Below, piece after piece: positions 7,599-15,830 of a DNA stretch of 24,000 bases. Both the position numbers and the translations under genes were made by a program. The notes under the pieces are model-generated. The model searched no databases and had not been told where the DNA came from. It was given only the letters and a program-made list of their open reading frames with translations. How positions within the stretch are numbered: the stretch's first letter is position 1; each line of letters opens with the position of its first letter. Source of the stretch: Christensenellaceae bacterium (GTDB taxonomy: Bacteria > Bacillota > Clostridia > Christensenellales > CAG-138); contig CAXXUL010000001.1 in the NCBI GenBank assembly GCA_963665375.2, forward strand, positions 613,938-637,937. Direction: 5' to 3'.

Positions 7599-9421
7599 GC
7601 CGGTTCCTCCGTCAGATTTTCGATGAGTGCGTCTGTGGTCAGGCCGCAAAACTGCCGCTGATGATTGACGCACGCTTGCGAAACCGGATCGTTCGGCACA
7701 CACATGCGAGTGACCGGAATCGGCGAAAGCGCTGCGCTCACACGAAGGCCGAGGCAATCCACGCCTTCCTCCATCACCACAACTTTCTTCACTGTCCGCT
7801 TGACCTGCTCCAGCATGTCTTCGTCCATCGGCTGCACGGTACGCGCGTTGACAAGCCCCACGCCGAGCTTTCGGCAAACGGGAATCGCCACGGCGACCAT
7901 CGCGCCCGTTGCGATCACCATCTTTTCTGAAATCGGCTCCATTATCTCCCAAACGCCTTTTTCGACCGGCTGGGCGGAGACCGCCTGCATCAGGCTTCCG
8001 CGCGGATAGCGCACCGCCGCGGGTTCTCCGCGCGAGATCGCAAGCTCGAGCATATGCACGAGTTCCTGCTGCGTCGCGGGCGAATAGATCGTCATATTCG
8101 GCATGGTGGATAAAAATGCCATGTCGTAAACACCCTGATGTGTCTCTCCGTCGTCTCCGACGAGTCCCGCGCGATCCACCGCTAATACGACGGGCAGTTT
8201 TTGCAGGCAGATATCGTGCAAAATTTGATCGTAACCGCGCTGCAAAAACGTAGAATAGATCGCGACCACGGGCTTGAGTCCACCGGCAGCCATGCCCGCC
8301 GCCATCGTCAGCGCATGCTCCTCCGCAATGCCAACGTCAAAGAAACGATCGGAAAAGCGCCCCGCAAACTCGGTCAGCCCGGTGCCGATCGGCATCGCGG
8401 CAGAGATAGCGACGATGTTGGGATCCTTTTGCGCAAGCGCGATCATCGCGTCCCCGAATACGCTGGAGTTGCTCTTTTTTAGCGCGTTCTCAATATCTCC
8501 GGTGTCGATGGAAAAGGGCGCTACACCGTGAAATTTCTCTGGATTTCGCTCGGAAAACGCATAGCCTTTGCCTTTTTGTGTGACGCAATGCACCAAAACA
8601 GGCACTTGAAGCTCTTTTGCGCGGAGAAACATTCGCGTGAGTTCGTCGATATCGTGTCCGTCGATCGGGCCGAGATAGAGAAAGCCCATATCCTCAAACA
8701 ACCGTTTCGGCATTAAAAAGTTCTTGATCCGGTTTTTGAAATTTTCCATGTGTCGCGAAAGCCAACGCCCAATGATTCCGGTATCGAGCGCACGAACCAG
8801 CCTCCGCTTGAAGCGCACGTACCATTCGCTGGAGCGCATGTTGACGAGCATATGATGCAGCGCGCCGACGTTGGGCGAAATCGACATCTCGTTGTCGTTG
8901 AGAATCACGATCAGCGGCACATCCGCCTGACCCGCGTCGTTGAGCCCTTCAAACGCCATTCCGCCCGTGAGCGCGCCATCGCCCACCAGCGCCACCGTAT
9001 AGCCGGGTTCGCCGCGGAGCTTCTTAGCGCGCGCCATGCCGAGCGCTGCGGAGATCGCGGTGGAAGCATGGCCCGTGTTGAAGTGATCGTGCTCGCTCTC
9101 TTCCCGCTTCGGAAAGCCGGAGAGTCCGTTCTCCTGGCGAAGTGTGCAAAACGCCTCTCTGCGTCCCGTGATGATCTTGTGCGCGTAAGCCTGATGCCCC
9201 ACGTCGAAGATAATTCGATCGACCGGGCTGTTAAACGCGCGATGCATGGCGATGGTCAGCTCGACGGCTCCAAGGCTGGAGGCGAGATGTCCCCCGCAGC
9301 GCGCGATGTTCTCAATCATATATTGGCGCATCTGCGCCGCAAGTGCGGGCAGCTCGCCTTCTTTTAATTTTTTAAAGTCCTCAAGTGAGTTCACTTTGTC
9401 GAGTACCGGATAACGATCCAT
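7595..9421 (-). CDS. dxs: 1-deoxy-D-xylulose-5-phosphate synthase
   Basis: 608 aa from ATG 9421; GGHLASSLG, FDVGHQAYAHKIITGR, VGDGALTGGMAFEGLND, GIAEEHALTMAAGMA, YSTFLQRGYDQILHD. Overlaps the tlyA start by 4 nt (ATGA). Confidence 0.96.
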   Translation of the reverse strand: MDRYPVLDKVNSLEDFKKLKEGELPALAAQMRQYMIENIARCGGHLASSLGAVELTIAMHRAFNSPVDRIIFDVGHQAYAHKIITGRREAFCTLRQENGLSGFPKREESEHDHFNTGHASTAISAALGMARAKKLRGEPGYTVALVGDGALTGGMAFEGLNDAGQADVPLIVILNDNEMSISPNVGALHHMLVNMRSSEWYVRFKRRLVRALDTGIIGRWLSRHMENFKNRIKNFLMPKRLFEDMGFLYLGPIDGHDIDELTRMFLRAKELQVPVLVHCVTQKGKGYAFSERNPEKFHGVAPFSIDTGDIENALKKSNSSVFGDAMIALAQKDPNIVAISAAMPIGTGLTEFAGRFSDRFFDVGIAEEHALTMAAGMAAGGLKPVVAIYSTFLQRGYDQILHDICLQKLPVVLAVDRAGLVGDDGETHQGVYDMAFLSTMPNMTIYSPATQQELVHMLELAISRGEPAAVRYPRGSLMQAVSAQPVEKGVWEIMEPISEKMVIATGAMVAVAIPVCRKLGVGLVNARTVQPMDEDMLEQVKRTVKKVVVMEEGVDCLGLRVSAALSPIPVTRMCVPNDPVSQACVNHQRQFCGLTTDALIENLTEEPA

Positions 9422-9496
9422 TTCGATTTCTCTTCCCTGTTTGGTCTGCTTTTCTTTTGTATGCGGTTTCATGCCGGGTCTGTGTCTCATCATTCG

Positions 9497-10339
9497 TTAT
9501 GATTTTCTCGTCAGTGTATAGCTGATCAGCTCTATGAAAAACGCGGCGTCTCCGCCTACTGTTAAAACGGCTTCGCGCGCTTCCCGCGCGTATTGCTTAG
9601 TAAATTCCTTTGCGCGGTCCAACCCATAGATCGTAACAAACGTCGTTTTGCCCTCCTCCGCGTCCTTGCCGACGGATTTGCCGAGAACGGACGACTCGCC
9701 TTCAAAATCGAGAATATCATCCGTAATCTGAAACAGCATGCCGTATGCATCCGCAAAGCGCGTTAAAGCTTCCCGTTGCGCCGCGCTCGCGCCCGCGCAA
9801 GCAGCACCGGCACCGACCGCCGCGCGAAAGAGCGCGCCTGTTTTATAATCCTGAAGCTTTCGCAAAAGCGATTCGTCTCCGCCGCTGTTGACGTCCAGGC
9901 TTTGCCCCATCACCATTTCAAACGCGCCTTTGGAGATCGCGGTGAGCGCATCCGTATGCGGGCAGAGCGAGAGGGCATAGAACGCAAGCGAGAGAAGCCC
10001 GTCTCCCGCGAGGATGGCGTTCGCTTCTCCGAACGCTTTATGATTGCTGGGTTTACCTCTGCGCATATCGTCGTTGTCCATCGCGGGCAAATCGTCGTGA
10101 ATCAGCGAATATGTGTGAATCATCTCGAGCGCGCAGGCGGCAAGAAGCGCGTCCTGCGGCGTACCGCCACAAAGCTCGCAAGCTGCCATACAAAGCGCGG
10201 GGCGAATCCGTTTGCCGCCGGAAAACACGCTGTAAGCCATACTCTCCTGCAAGATTGGCGCATTCACGCTCTCGCCGAGCAGGTCGCCGAGTTTTTGCTC
10301 CGTCAGGTTGGAGTAATCGGTCAATCGTTCACTCAGCAT
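9497..10339 (-). CDS. ispA: Farnesyl/geranyl diphosphate synthase (polyprenyl synthetase)
   Basis: GGKRIRPAL, DDLPAMDNDDMRRGKPSNHKAFGEANAILAGDGLL, FQITDDILDFEG. Start chosen at ATG 10339 (MLSERLTDYSN, 280 aa), overlapping xseB. Confidence 0.93.
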   Translation of the reverse strand: MLSERLTDYSNLTEQKLGDLLGESVNAPILQESMAYSVFSGGKRIRPALCMAACELCGGTPQDALLAACALEMIHTYSLIHDDLPAMDNDDMRRGKPSNHKAFGEANAILAGDGLLSLAFYALSLCPHTDALTAISKGAFEMVMGQSLDVNSGGDESLLRKLQDYKTGALFRAAVGAGAACAGASAAQREALTRFADAYGMLFQITDDILDFEGESSVLGKSVGKDAEEGKTTFVTIYGLDRAKEFTKQYAREAREAVLTVGGDAAFFIELISYTLTRKS

Positions 10340-10541
10340 CGGTCTTATCCTCCGCCGAATCGCTGAGGCGGGTGATGGTCGCCTCGTATGCGTCAAGCTG
10401 CCGCTCGCACGATTTCACAAGCGTCATCCCCTCTTCATAGAGACGAATCATCTCATCCAGCGAGCCTTCCGCGCCCTCCAGCTTGTTTACAATATCCGAA
10501 AGCTTTTGCATCGCTTCTTCAAACTTTACCGACTGTTCCAT
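10329..10541 (-). CDS. xseB: Exodeoxyribonuclease VII small subunit
   Basis: 70 aa: KFEEAMQKLSDIVNKLEGAEGSLDEMIRLYEEGMTLVKSCERQLDAYE. Located between xseA and ispA. Confidence 0.93.
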   Translation of the reverse strand: MEQSVKFEEAMQKLSDIVNKLEGAEGSLDEMIRLYEEGMTLVKSCERQLDAYEATITRLSDSAEDKTDAE

Positions 10542-10559
10542 ACCAATCCCCTCCCAACA

Positions 10560-11783
10560 TCAGTTTCCGGCTTCTTTGCGCACGTGTTCAATCCGCGCGT
10601 CCGCCATGCCGTCGTGCATGCAAATTGCAACCCGATCTCCCGTTTGCATCGATGCAACTCCGCCGATCGCGCGTCCGTTTTCATCCGTTAAAATCGCGTA
10701 TCCACGCTCCAGCACCGCAGAGGGATCCAACGCGCGCAGTTGAGCCAGCAGCTGGTTCAACTCCACTCTTGCGCTCGCAATACGTTCCTTCACACCGCGA
10801 TACGCAAGCTCCCGCGCGTTATCCAGCGACTGCCGTTCACTCATGAGTCTGTTTTCCATCAAGCGAAACGCTTTCGCCGAGGCGAAGAGCTTCACGTTCG
10901 CGCGCATGCGTTCCACGCGCGATTGCAGCGCGCGGCTCATCCTCCTGCTTTGCAAATGCACGGCTTCGTAAACGGCGTCCATCTCTGGTACGGCGAGTTC
11001 CGCCGCGGCGGAAGGCGTTGGCGCGCGCAGATCCGCCACAAAATCCGCAATGGTGAAGTCCGTTTCATGCCCGATCGCGCTGATGACGGGTATTTCGCTC
11101 TCAAAAATTGCTTCCGCGACGATCGGTTCGTTGAACGCCCAGAGGTCCTCCATACTGCCGCCGCCGCGACCGACGATCAGCACATCCGCCGCGTTTTTCT
11201 GGTTCATCTGGCGAATGGCTTTTGCGATCTCCTCCGCGGCGCCCGTGCCCTGCACGCGAACACTCGCGACGACGACCGGCATGCGCGGAAACCTGCGGCT
11301 GATGATGTTCAATATATCCTGCACCGCAGCGCCCGTTCCGCTGGTGACCACGCCGATTTTGCGCGGTAAAAACGGAATCGGCCGCTTGCGCGCTTCGTCA
11401 AACCAGCCGCGCTCTTCGAGCTCCTTTTTGAGCTTGAGAAAGCGCAGATACATCTCGCCTTCACCGCTCTTCTTGAGATAGTTGGCGTAGAGCTGGAATG
11501 AACCGTCTTTCTCATAGAGCGAGGCTTTGCCGTAGAGAAGCACCTGCATGCCGTCCTGCGGCTGAAAATTGAGGCGCATTGCCTGCTGGCGAAACATGAC
11601 ACAGCGCACGAGCGCGTTTTCGTCCTTGAGCGAAAAATAGAGGTGCCCGGACGAATGCCGCTTAAACCCGCTGATCTCTCCGCTGACCCGCAGATCGCAA
11701 AGATTTGGATCGTTGGAGAGCACGAGCGAAACGTATTCATTGAGTTCGCTCACGCGAAAAACAGGTGTTATCGCCTGTTCCAT
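10560..11783 (-). CDS. xseA: Exodeoxyribonuclease VII large subunit
   Basis: VFRVSELNEYVSLVL...LRVSGEISGFKRHSSGHLYFSLKDENALVRCVMFR; IGVVTSGTGAAVQDILN; GRGGGSMEDLWAFNEP; PVISAIGHETDFTIADFVADLRAPTPSAAAE. ATG 11783 is preceded by GGAGG. Confidence 0.96.
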   Translation of the reverse strand: MEQAITPVFRVSELNEYVSLVLSNDPNLCDLRVSGEISGFKRHSSGHLYFSLKDENALVRCVMFRQQAMRLNFQPQDGMQVLLYGKASLYEKDGSFQLYANYLKKSGEGEMYLRFLKLKKELEERGWFDEARKRPIPFLPRKIGVVTSGTGAAVQDILNIISRRFPRMPVVVASVRVQGTGAAEEIAKAIRQMNQKNAADVLIVGRGGGSMEDLWAFNEPIVAEAIFESEIPVISAIGHETDFTIADFVADLRAPTPSAAAELAVPEMDAVYEAVHLQSRRMSRALQSRVERMRANVKLFASAKAFRLMENRLMSERQSLDNARELAYRGVKERIASARVELNQLLAQLRALDPSAVLERGYAILTDENGRAIGGVASMQTGDRVAICMHDGMADARIEHVRKEAGN

Positions 11784-11830
11784 CCCGCTCACCTCCCGAC
11801 TTCCGATCCTTCTATCAACGCAAAAATGCG

Positions 11831-12775
11831 TTAGTTGTCAAAATAATCTCGCGCCAGAAGCGCGCTTCCAACCGCATTGTCGGAAGAAAGTCCGCTTTGT
11901 GCGTAAAACAGCTCGGTCTTCATCCGCTGACGCAGCAGTTCCCGCAAAAGCAAGCTACCCGAAACGCCGCCGGAGAGCAGCGCGGTCTTGCAGCCGGTCT
12001 TGGCAAACGCATTTGTGAGCATCTTTGAAAACGTGCGCGCCATGCAGTCATAGACCGCATACGCGATCGATTCTTTTGCGGCACCACTCTCGATGAGTCG
12101 CTGGCACTGGCTCTCCTGACCGGAAAACGAGCAGTTGAGCGTTTTTACGCTGGCGGGCAGCTTGATCGAGTGGTCCGTCGCCGCTTGCGCGAGCGTCTCC
12201 AGCGCAACGCCGCTGGGGAACGGAAGGCCCAGTCGAACGCCGATGCGATCGACAAACTGTCCCGCGTGGAGATCGTCGCAACCGCCGATTCGCTCGATGG
12301 TTCCAATCTGGCCATGTTCGCAGTGTACGAACAGTAAATCCGTCGTACCGCCGGAGAGGTGCATCCCGAGGAACGGCGCTTCGGCAAAGCGCTCTTCCTG
12401 TCCAAGCAGCGCGGCGCGCACATGCCCAGCCTGATGCGTGGTTTCCAACAGCGGCACCCCCAGCGAAGACGCGATGGAGGTTGCGGCAAGTTTGCCAGCA
12501 AGGAATACGGGCATATACGATTGCTCCGCGGCAGTCGGTTTCGCGCTCACCGCAACCGCACGAACCTGCGCGCGATCGATCTCGTCCAGCATGGCGGTAA
12601 CGAGTGGTGGCAGATTCCGCACGTGCTGAAACACCGCGTCGCTCTGCCTGAGTCCGCGCTCTCCTAACGGGACAGAAAGCATCGTTCTCCGTTCGAAAAC
12701 GATGCCTTCGTTTGATACACAAGATACGGACGTCGTATAATTGCTGGTATCGACGCCCAGATATAACCCGTTCAC
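11831..12775 (-). CDS. TsaD/Kae1-like (peptidase M22 fold) paralogue
   Basis: 314 aa: LGVDTSNYTTS, LLETTHQAGHVRAAL (HxxxH metal pair), LSGGTTDLLFV, KTALLSGGVSGSLLLRELL, SSDNAVGSALLA. ATGA overlap with nusB. Confidence 0.75.
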   Translation of the reverse strand: MNGLYLGVDTSNYTTSVSCVSNEGIVFERRTMLSVPLGERGLRQSDAVFQHVRNLPPLVTAMLDEIDRAQVRAVAVSAKPTAAEQSYMPVFLAGKLAATSIASSLGVPLLETTHQAGHVRAALLGQEERFAEAPFLGMHLSGGTTDLLFVHCEHGQIGTIERIGGCDDLHAGQFVDRIGVRLGLPFPSGVALETLAQAATDHSIKLPASVKTLNCSFSGQESQCQRLIESGAAKESIAYAVYDCMARTFSKMLTNAFAKTGCKTALLSGGVSGSLLLRELLRQRMKTELFYAQSGLSSDNAVGSALLARDYFDN

Positions 12776-13185
12776 GGAGAGACAATCTCCTTTGCAACGC
12801 TGCCGAGAATGCCGTTGACAAAGGCATAGGAGCGCTCGCCGCCGTAGCGTTTCGCGAGCTCCACCGCCTCGTTGATGGCTGCCCCTGTCGGTACGTCTTC
12901 CTTACGGTAGAGCATTTCGTAGATCGCTACGCGTAAAATGCTCAAATCCACCCGCGCAATGCGGTCGATCATCCAGTCCTTTGAATAGCGGCTGACAAAT
13001 TCGTCGATCTCTTCGGTATGCGCGCGTACGCCATCCAGCATCTGGCTGACGTAGAGTAAGTCCTCCTCGTCCAGTGTGCCGAGAAGCTCCGCTTTCTCGC
13101 AGACATGTTCGGGGGTATCCTCTCCGCCCAACAGATTGGAAAAGTGCATCATCATTGCGACTTCGCGCGCGGTCGTTCTGCTCAT
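12772..13185 (-). CDS. nusB: Transcription antitermination protein NusB
   Basis: 137 aa: SRTTAREVAMMMHFS, IDRIARVDLSILRVAIYEMLYRKEDVPTGAAINEAVELAKRYGGERSYAFVNGILGSV. Confidence 0.94.
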   Translation of the reverse strand: MSRTTAREVAMMMHFSNLLGGEDTPEHVCEKAELLGTLDEEDLLYVSQMLDGVRAHTEEIDEFVSRYSKDWMIDRIARVDLSILRVAIYEMLYRKEDVPTGAAINEAVELAKRYGGERSYAFVNGILGSVAKEIVSP

Positions 13186-13215
13186 GGTCGATCGAATTCC
13201 AGTCTATAAATTAGT

Positions 13216-13434
13216 TTATTTTTTCGAAAACAATTTTGTAAAAAATTCTTTGATTCCTTCCGGTCCGCTCTGATCGAGCAGATAACCAACGAGAAAGCAA
13301 AGCGCGAGGATCACGAGCAGTAGCAGCGTGCGCCAGAATCCAATCGTGAAAAAAAGAATCGCAAGTACAAGCCCCAGTGCAACAAACAGCACAGTAAACT
13401 TGTGATTCTTCACAAACTCTAAAAACGCATTCAT
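13216..13434 (-). CDS. DUF2273-like small membrane protein
   Basis: 72 aa from ATG 13434; two hydrophobic helices (FTVLFVALGLVLAILFFTIGFWRTLLLLVILALCFLVGYLLD). Adjacent to amaP and asp23 as in other Firmicutes. Confidence 0.75.
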   Translation of the reverse strand: MNAFLEFVKNHKFTVLFVALGLVLAILFFTIGFWRTLLLLVILALCFLVGYLLDQSGPEGIKEFFTKLFSKK

Positions 13435-13444
13435 GGTTACTGCC

Positions 13445-14017
13445 TCATTCCACGCGGGAAACGGCGGTCGTTGCCGCAACAGGCGCCGCACTCTCCACCA
13501 GAACGCCAATCTCGTTGACCGTAATGCCGGTGAGCGACTCGACGTTTTCTTTGAGTGATTTTTGCAGCTCGCTCGAGAGCGTCACCACATCCGTATCCGG
13601 CAGCACGCAGAGGCGGATGCCGATGGTTACGCCGGTCTCTGTGGATTGCAGCGTGGTGTGAACATCCTTCACGCGGGAAACCGCGCGGCAGTGTTTCTGC
13701 ACCATGCTGTCGATCGCTTCGAGTGAAATGTAGGTTCCGCCAAACTCCGTCTGTTTCATCAGTGCGGAGGCAGGACGCGCATCCGCTTTTTTGCCTTTCC
13801 CGGCAAAAAGCAATTTGATGCTGATGAGTAGCAGCACAAGACCGCTTCCTGCAAGGATCAGCGCGTTTTCACGGAACATGTAGAACAGCGAGACGAAACC
13901 CGTTGCCATTTCTTGCGGAATCAGATTCGCCGCGATGCCAAAGAGCACAAAGGAAACAAGGATTGCCGCAATGAGCAGTATTCCTAATAAAATGCGATCA
14001 AAAACCTTGAGTTTCAT
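13445..14017 (-). CDS. amaP: Alkaline-shock response membrane anchor protein AmaP-like
   Basis: 190 aa, two N-terminal TM segments followed by an Asp23-like domain (GGTYISLEAIDSMVQKHCRAVSRVKDVHTTLQ...GVTIGIRLCVLP). Confidence 0.8.
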   Translation of the reverse strand: MKLKVFDRILLGILLIAAILVSFVLFGIAANLIPQEMATGFVSLFYMFRENALILAGSGLVLLLISIKLLFAGKGKKADARPASALMKQTEFGGTYISLEAIDSMVQKHCRAVSRVKDVHTTLQSTETGVTIGIRLCVLPDTDVVTLSSELQKSLKENVESLTGITVNEIGVLVESAAPVAATTAVSRVE

Positions 14018-14103
14018 AAGCTGTAAAACCCCTTTTCATCCACCGGGATTTAGTTTCCCGGTATGGCAGATCGACTTGAAAAGTTCTTAAACCGCGTTTA
14101 TCC

Positions 14104-14139
14104 TGCAAAACGGGCGGAAGCGTATCCGCCCGTTTTGCA
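14104..14139. terminator. Strong bidirectional-type hairpin between asp23 and amaP
   Basis: Perfect 15-bp arms TGCAAAACGGGCGGA (14104-14118) / TCCGCCCGTTTTGCA (14125-14139) with a 6-nt loop. Arm ends are A- and U-rich. Confidence 0.75.
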
Positions 14140-14152
14140 AGCAAATCCGGTT

Positions 14153-14668
14153 TTACTTCACGCGCGGCGGCTCCGGCTCGACAATCTCTGCCGTGACCTG
14201 CAACGCTTCCTTTTCTTTTTCCTTTTCCTTCGCTTTTTCCTTGCGCTTTTCCGCGCGCGTATTGCCTTGATCCGCAGCTTCAAACACAACGCTCTGTACA
14301 AAAACATTGACCTCTACTACGCGTAGGCCTGTCATGTTTTCGATGGCGCTCTTGACCGCATTTTGAATCGTCTCGCAAACTTCCTTGATCTTGTAACCGT
14401 AGCGAATGCTGACGGAAACATCTACGGCGGCCTCTTCCTGCCCAACCTCGACCTTGATGCCCTTGGTTAAATTCTTCTTGCCGAGCATTTCGGTAATGCC
14501 CTCTACCATTCCGCCGCTGAGTGCGGAAACACCTTCTACATCAGAAACCGCGAGAGAGGCGATTGTTGCGACGACTTCGTCCGCAAACAGAATACGACCG
14601 CCCTCCGCTTCGACTTTGGAAACCTCGGTTTTTGAAACTTCGGTGCCGGCCTTTTTTTCTTCAGACAT
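14153..14668 (-). CDS. Asp23/Gls24 family envelope stress response protein
   Basis: 171 aa from ATG 14668: GGRILFADEVVATIASLAVSDVEGVSALSGG...KVEVGQEEAAVDVSVSIRYGYKIKEVCETIQNAVKSAIENMTGLRVVEVNVFVQSVVFE. Charged, Lys/Glu-rich tail. Confidence 0.92.
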   Translation of the reverse strand: MSEEKKAGTEVSKTEVSKVEAEGGRILFADEVVATIASLAVSDVEGVSALSGGMVEGITEMLGKKNLTKGIKVEVGQEEAAVDVSVSIRYGYKIKEVCETIQNAVKSAIENMTGLRVVEVNVFVQSVVFEAADQGNTRAEKRKEKAKEKEKEKEALQVTAEIVEPEPPRVK

Positions 14669-14697
14669 ATGCACACCTCCATTCTTGATTACCAAAA

Positions 14698-14726
14698 ATT
14701 ATATCGCATGCCGGATAGGATGTAAA
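14698..14726 (-). promoter_or_regulatory. Predicted promoter of the asp23-family gene
   Basis: Minus strand TTTACA (14726-14721) - 17 nt - TATAAT (14703-14698). Confidence 0.65.
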
Positions 14727-14934
14727 TATGCAAAGCGCCCGCCTTGTTACCCACGCGTGAACGCTTTGCGGCTTATTGGTGGCATTTGCAGATGAATTGG
14801 ACATATCCTTGCGTTAAAATCCCTTTTCGCTCTGACTCTGCCTGTATGTAGGCGCAGCGTTTACTTTCGCGCGCTTTGCCAGTATACGCATTTATTCATC
14901 GAAAGGCAACCCTTTTTCTCTGTATGACACACAC

Positions 14935-14947
14935 TTTGTCGGACAAA
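14935..14947. promoter_or_regulatory. Candidate GntR/FCD operator 1
   Basis: TTTGTC-G-GACAAA, a perfect palindrome around one central base. Fits the TNGTNNNACNA pattern described for FadR-subfamily GntR regulators. Confidence 0.4.
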
Positions 14948-14994
14948 ACGCGTGTTGCATGACAAAACTATGGATCCGGATTGTTCATTTGTAT

Positions 14995-15008
14995 ATTTGT
15001 ATACAAAT
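14995..15008. promoter_or_regulatory. Candidate GntR/FCD operator 2
   Basis: ATTTGTATACAAAT, a perfect 14-bp palindrome immediately upstream of the predicted -35 of the GntR gene. Confidence 0.5.
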
Positions 15009-15010
15009 GC

Positions 15011-15039
15011 TTGTATTTTGCGTATAAAACCGCTACACT
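15011..15039 (+). promoter_or_regulatory. Predicted promoter of the GntR-family gene
   Basis: TTGTAT (15011-15016) - 17 nt - TACACT (15034-15039). Confidence 0.5.
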
Positions 15040-15117
15040 GAAGGCAGGAATTGAGCGTAACAGTTCCTCTTTTCTATCGTATGCGCGCACCACTTCGTGC
15101 CGCGAAAGAGAGTTATC

Positions 15118-15771
15118 ATGAACGGAATGTATGAGAATAAAGACTACGGCTCGTTATCGGAAAAAGTATATCGCTTTTTACGGGACGGGATTGCCGAAGG
15201 TCGCTATCAAACTGGCGATTGTCTGATTGAAATGAAGATCGCAGAGGAGTTAGGTGTAAGCCGCACGCCCGTGCGCGAGGCGCTCAAGCAGCTTGAGCTG
15301 GAAGACCTGGTCTCCTCGCACCCCAATCGTGGCGTGGTCGTCAAAGGCTTCACCACGGAAGATTTGCAGGACGTTTCCACCATTCGCCATCTGCTTGAAG
15401 GTCAGGCAGCCTATTGGGCGGCGCAGAGGGTCACGGATGAGCAGCTCAAGGAGCTGCGCGAAGTGGTGGAGCTCATGGAGTTTTACACCGCAAAAAACGA
15501 CATAGCGCATCTTGTTGCGCTTGATACGCGGTTTCACGAGCTGATCTATGAGGCGAGCGGCAGCCGTACAATTCGCCATATCTTAGCATCGCTGCATCAT
15601 AATATTCGCAAAGCACGCCAAAGCTCGCTGACCCTGCCTGACCGCGCGCCGAATTCGCTGGCGGAGCACCTGAGCATTTTTCAGGCGATCGAGCGAAAAG
15701 ACGCGCTCGCGGCAAAAGAGCAGATGGAAGCGCATGTTGCAATTGCAGCGGGAAACCGGCTGAACGAATAA
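15118..15771 (+). CDS. GntR family transcriptional regulator, FCD (FadR-like) domain
   Basis: 217 aa: wHTH SLSEKVYRFLRDGIAEGRYQTGDCLIEMKIAEELGVSRTPVREALKQLELEDLVSSHPNRGVVV, then helical FCD-type domain (IRHLLEGQAAYWAAQ, DTRFHELIYEASGSRTI, EHLSIFQAIERKDALAAKEQMEAHV). Confidence 0.92.
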   Translation: MNGMYENKDYGSLSEKVYRFLRDGIAEGRYQTGDCLIEMKIAEELGVSRTPVREALKQLELEDLVSSHPNRGVVVKGFTTEDLQDVSTIRHLLEGQAAYWAAQRVTDEQLKELREVVELMEFYTAKNDIAHLVALDTRFHELIYEASGSRTIRHILASLHHNIRKARQSSLTLPDRAPNSLAEHLSIFQAIERKDALAAKEQMEAHVAIAAGNRLNE

Positions 15772-15830
15772 CAGCCGCACTCCCGCTTTTTTTTCTTGCT
15801 CGACTCAACGGAAAGCGGGGGTATTTGATT

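Noticed and set aside
8750-9367. 205 aa plus-strand ORF antisense to dxs
   Set aside because: dxs is unambiguous on the other strand. No motif support.
12048-12827. 259 aa minus-strand ORF overlapping the TsaD-like gene in another frame
   Set aside because: Arg/Ala-rich out-of-frame translation. The 11831-12775 frame has conserved motifs and ATGA coupling.
14153-14250. TTCCTTTTCC/CTTTTTCC-type tandem low-complexity stretch
   Set aside because: Explained by Lys/Glu-rich codons (AKEKEKEKE) in the Asp23-family C-terminal tail, so not an independent repeat element.
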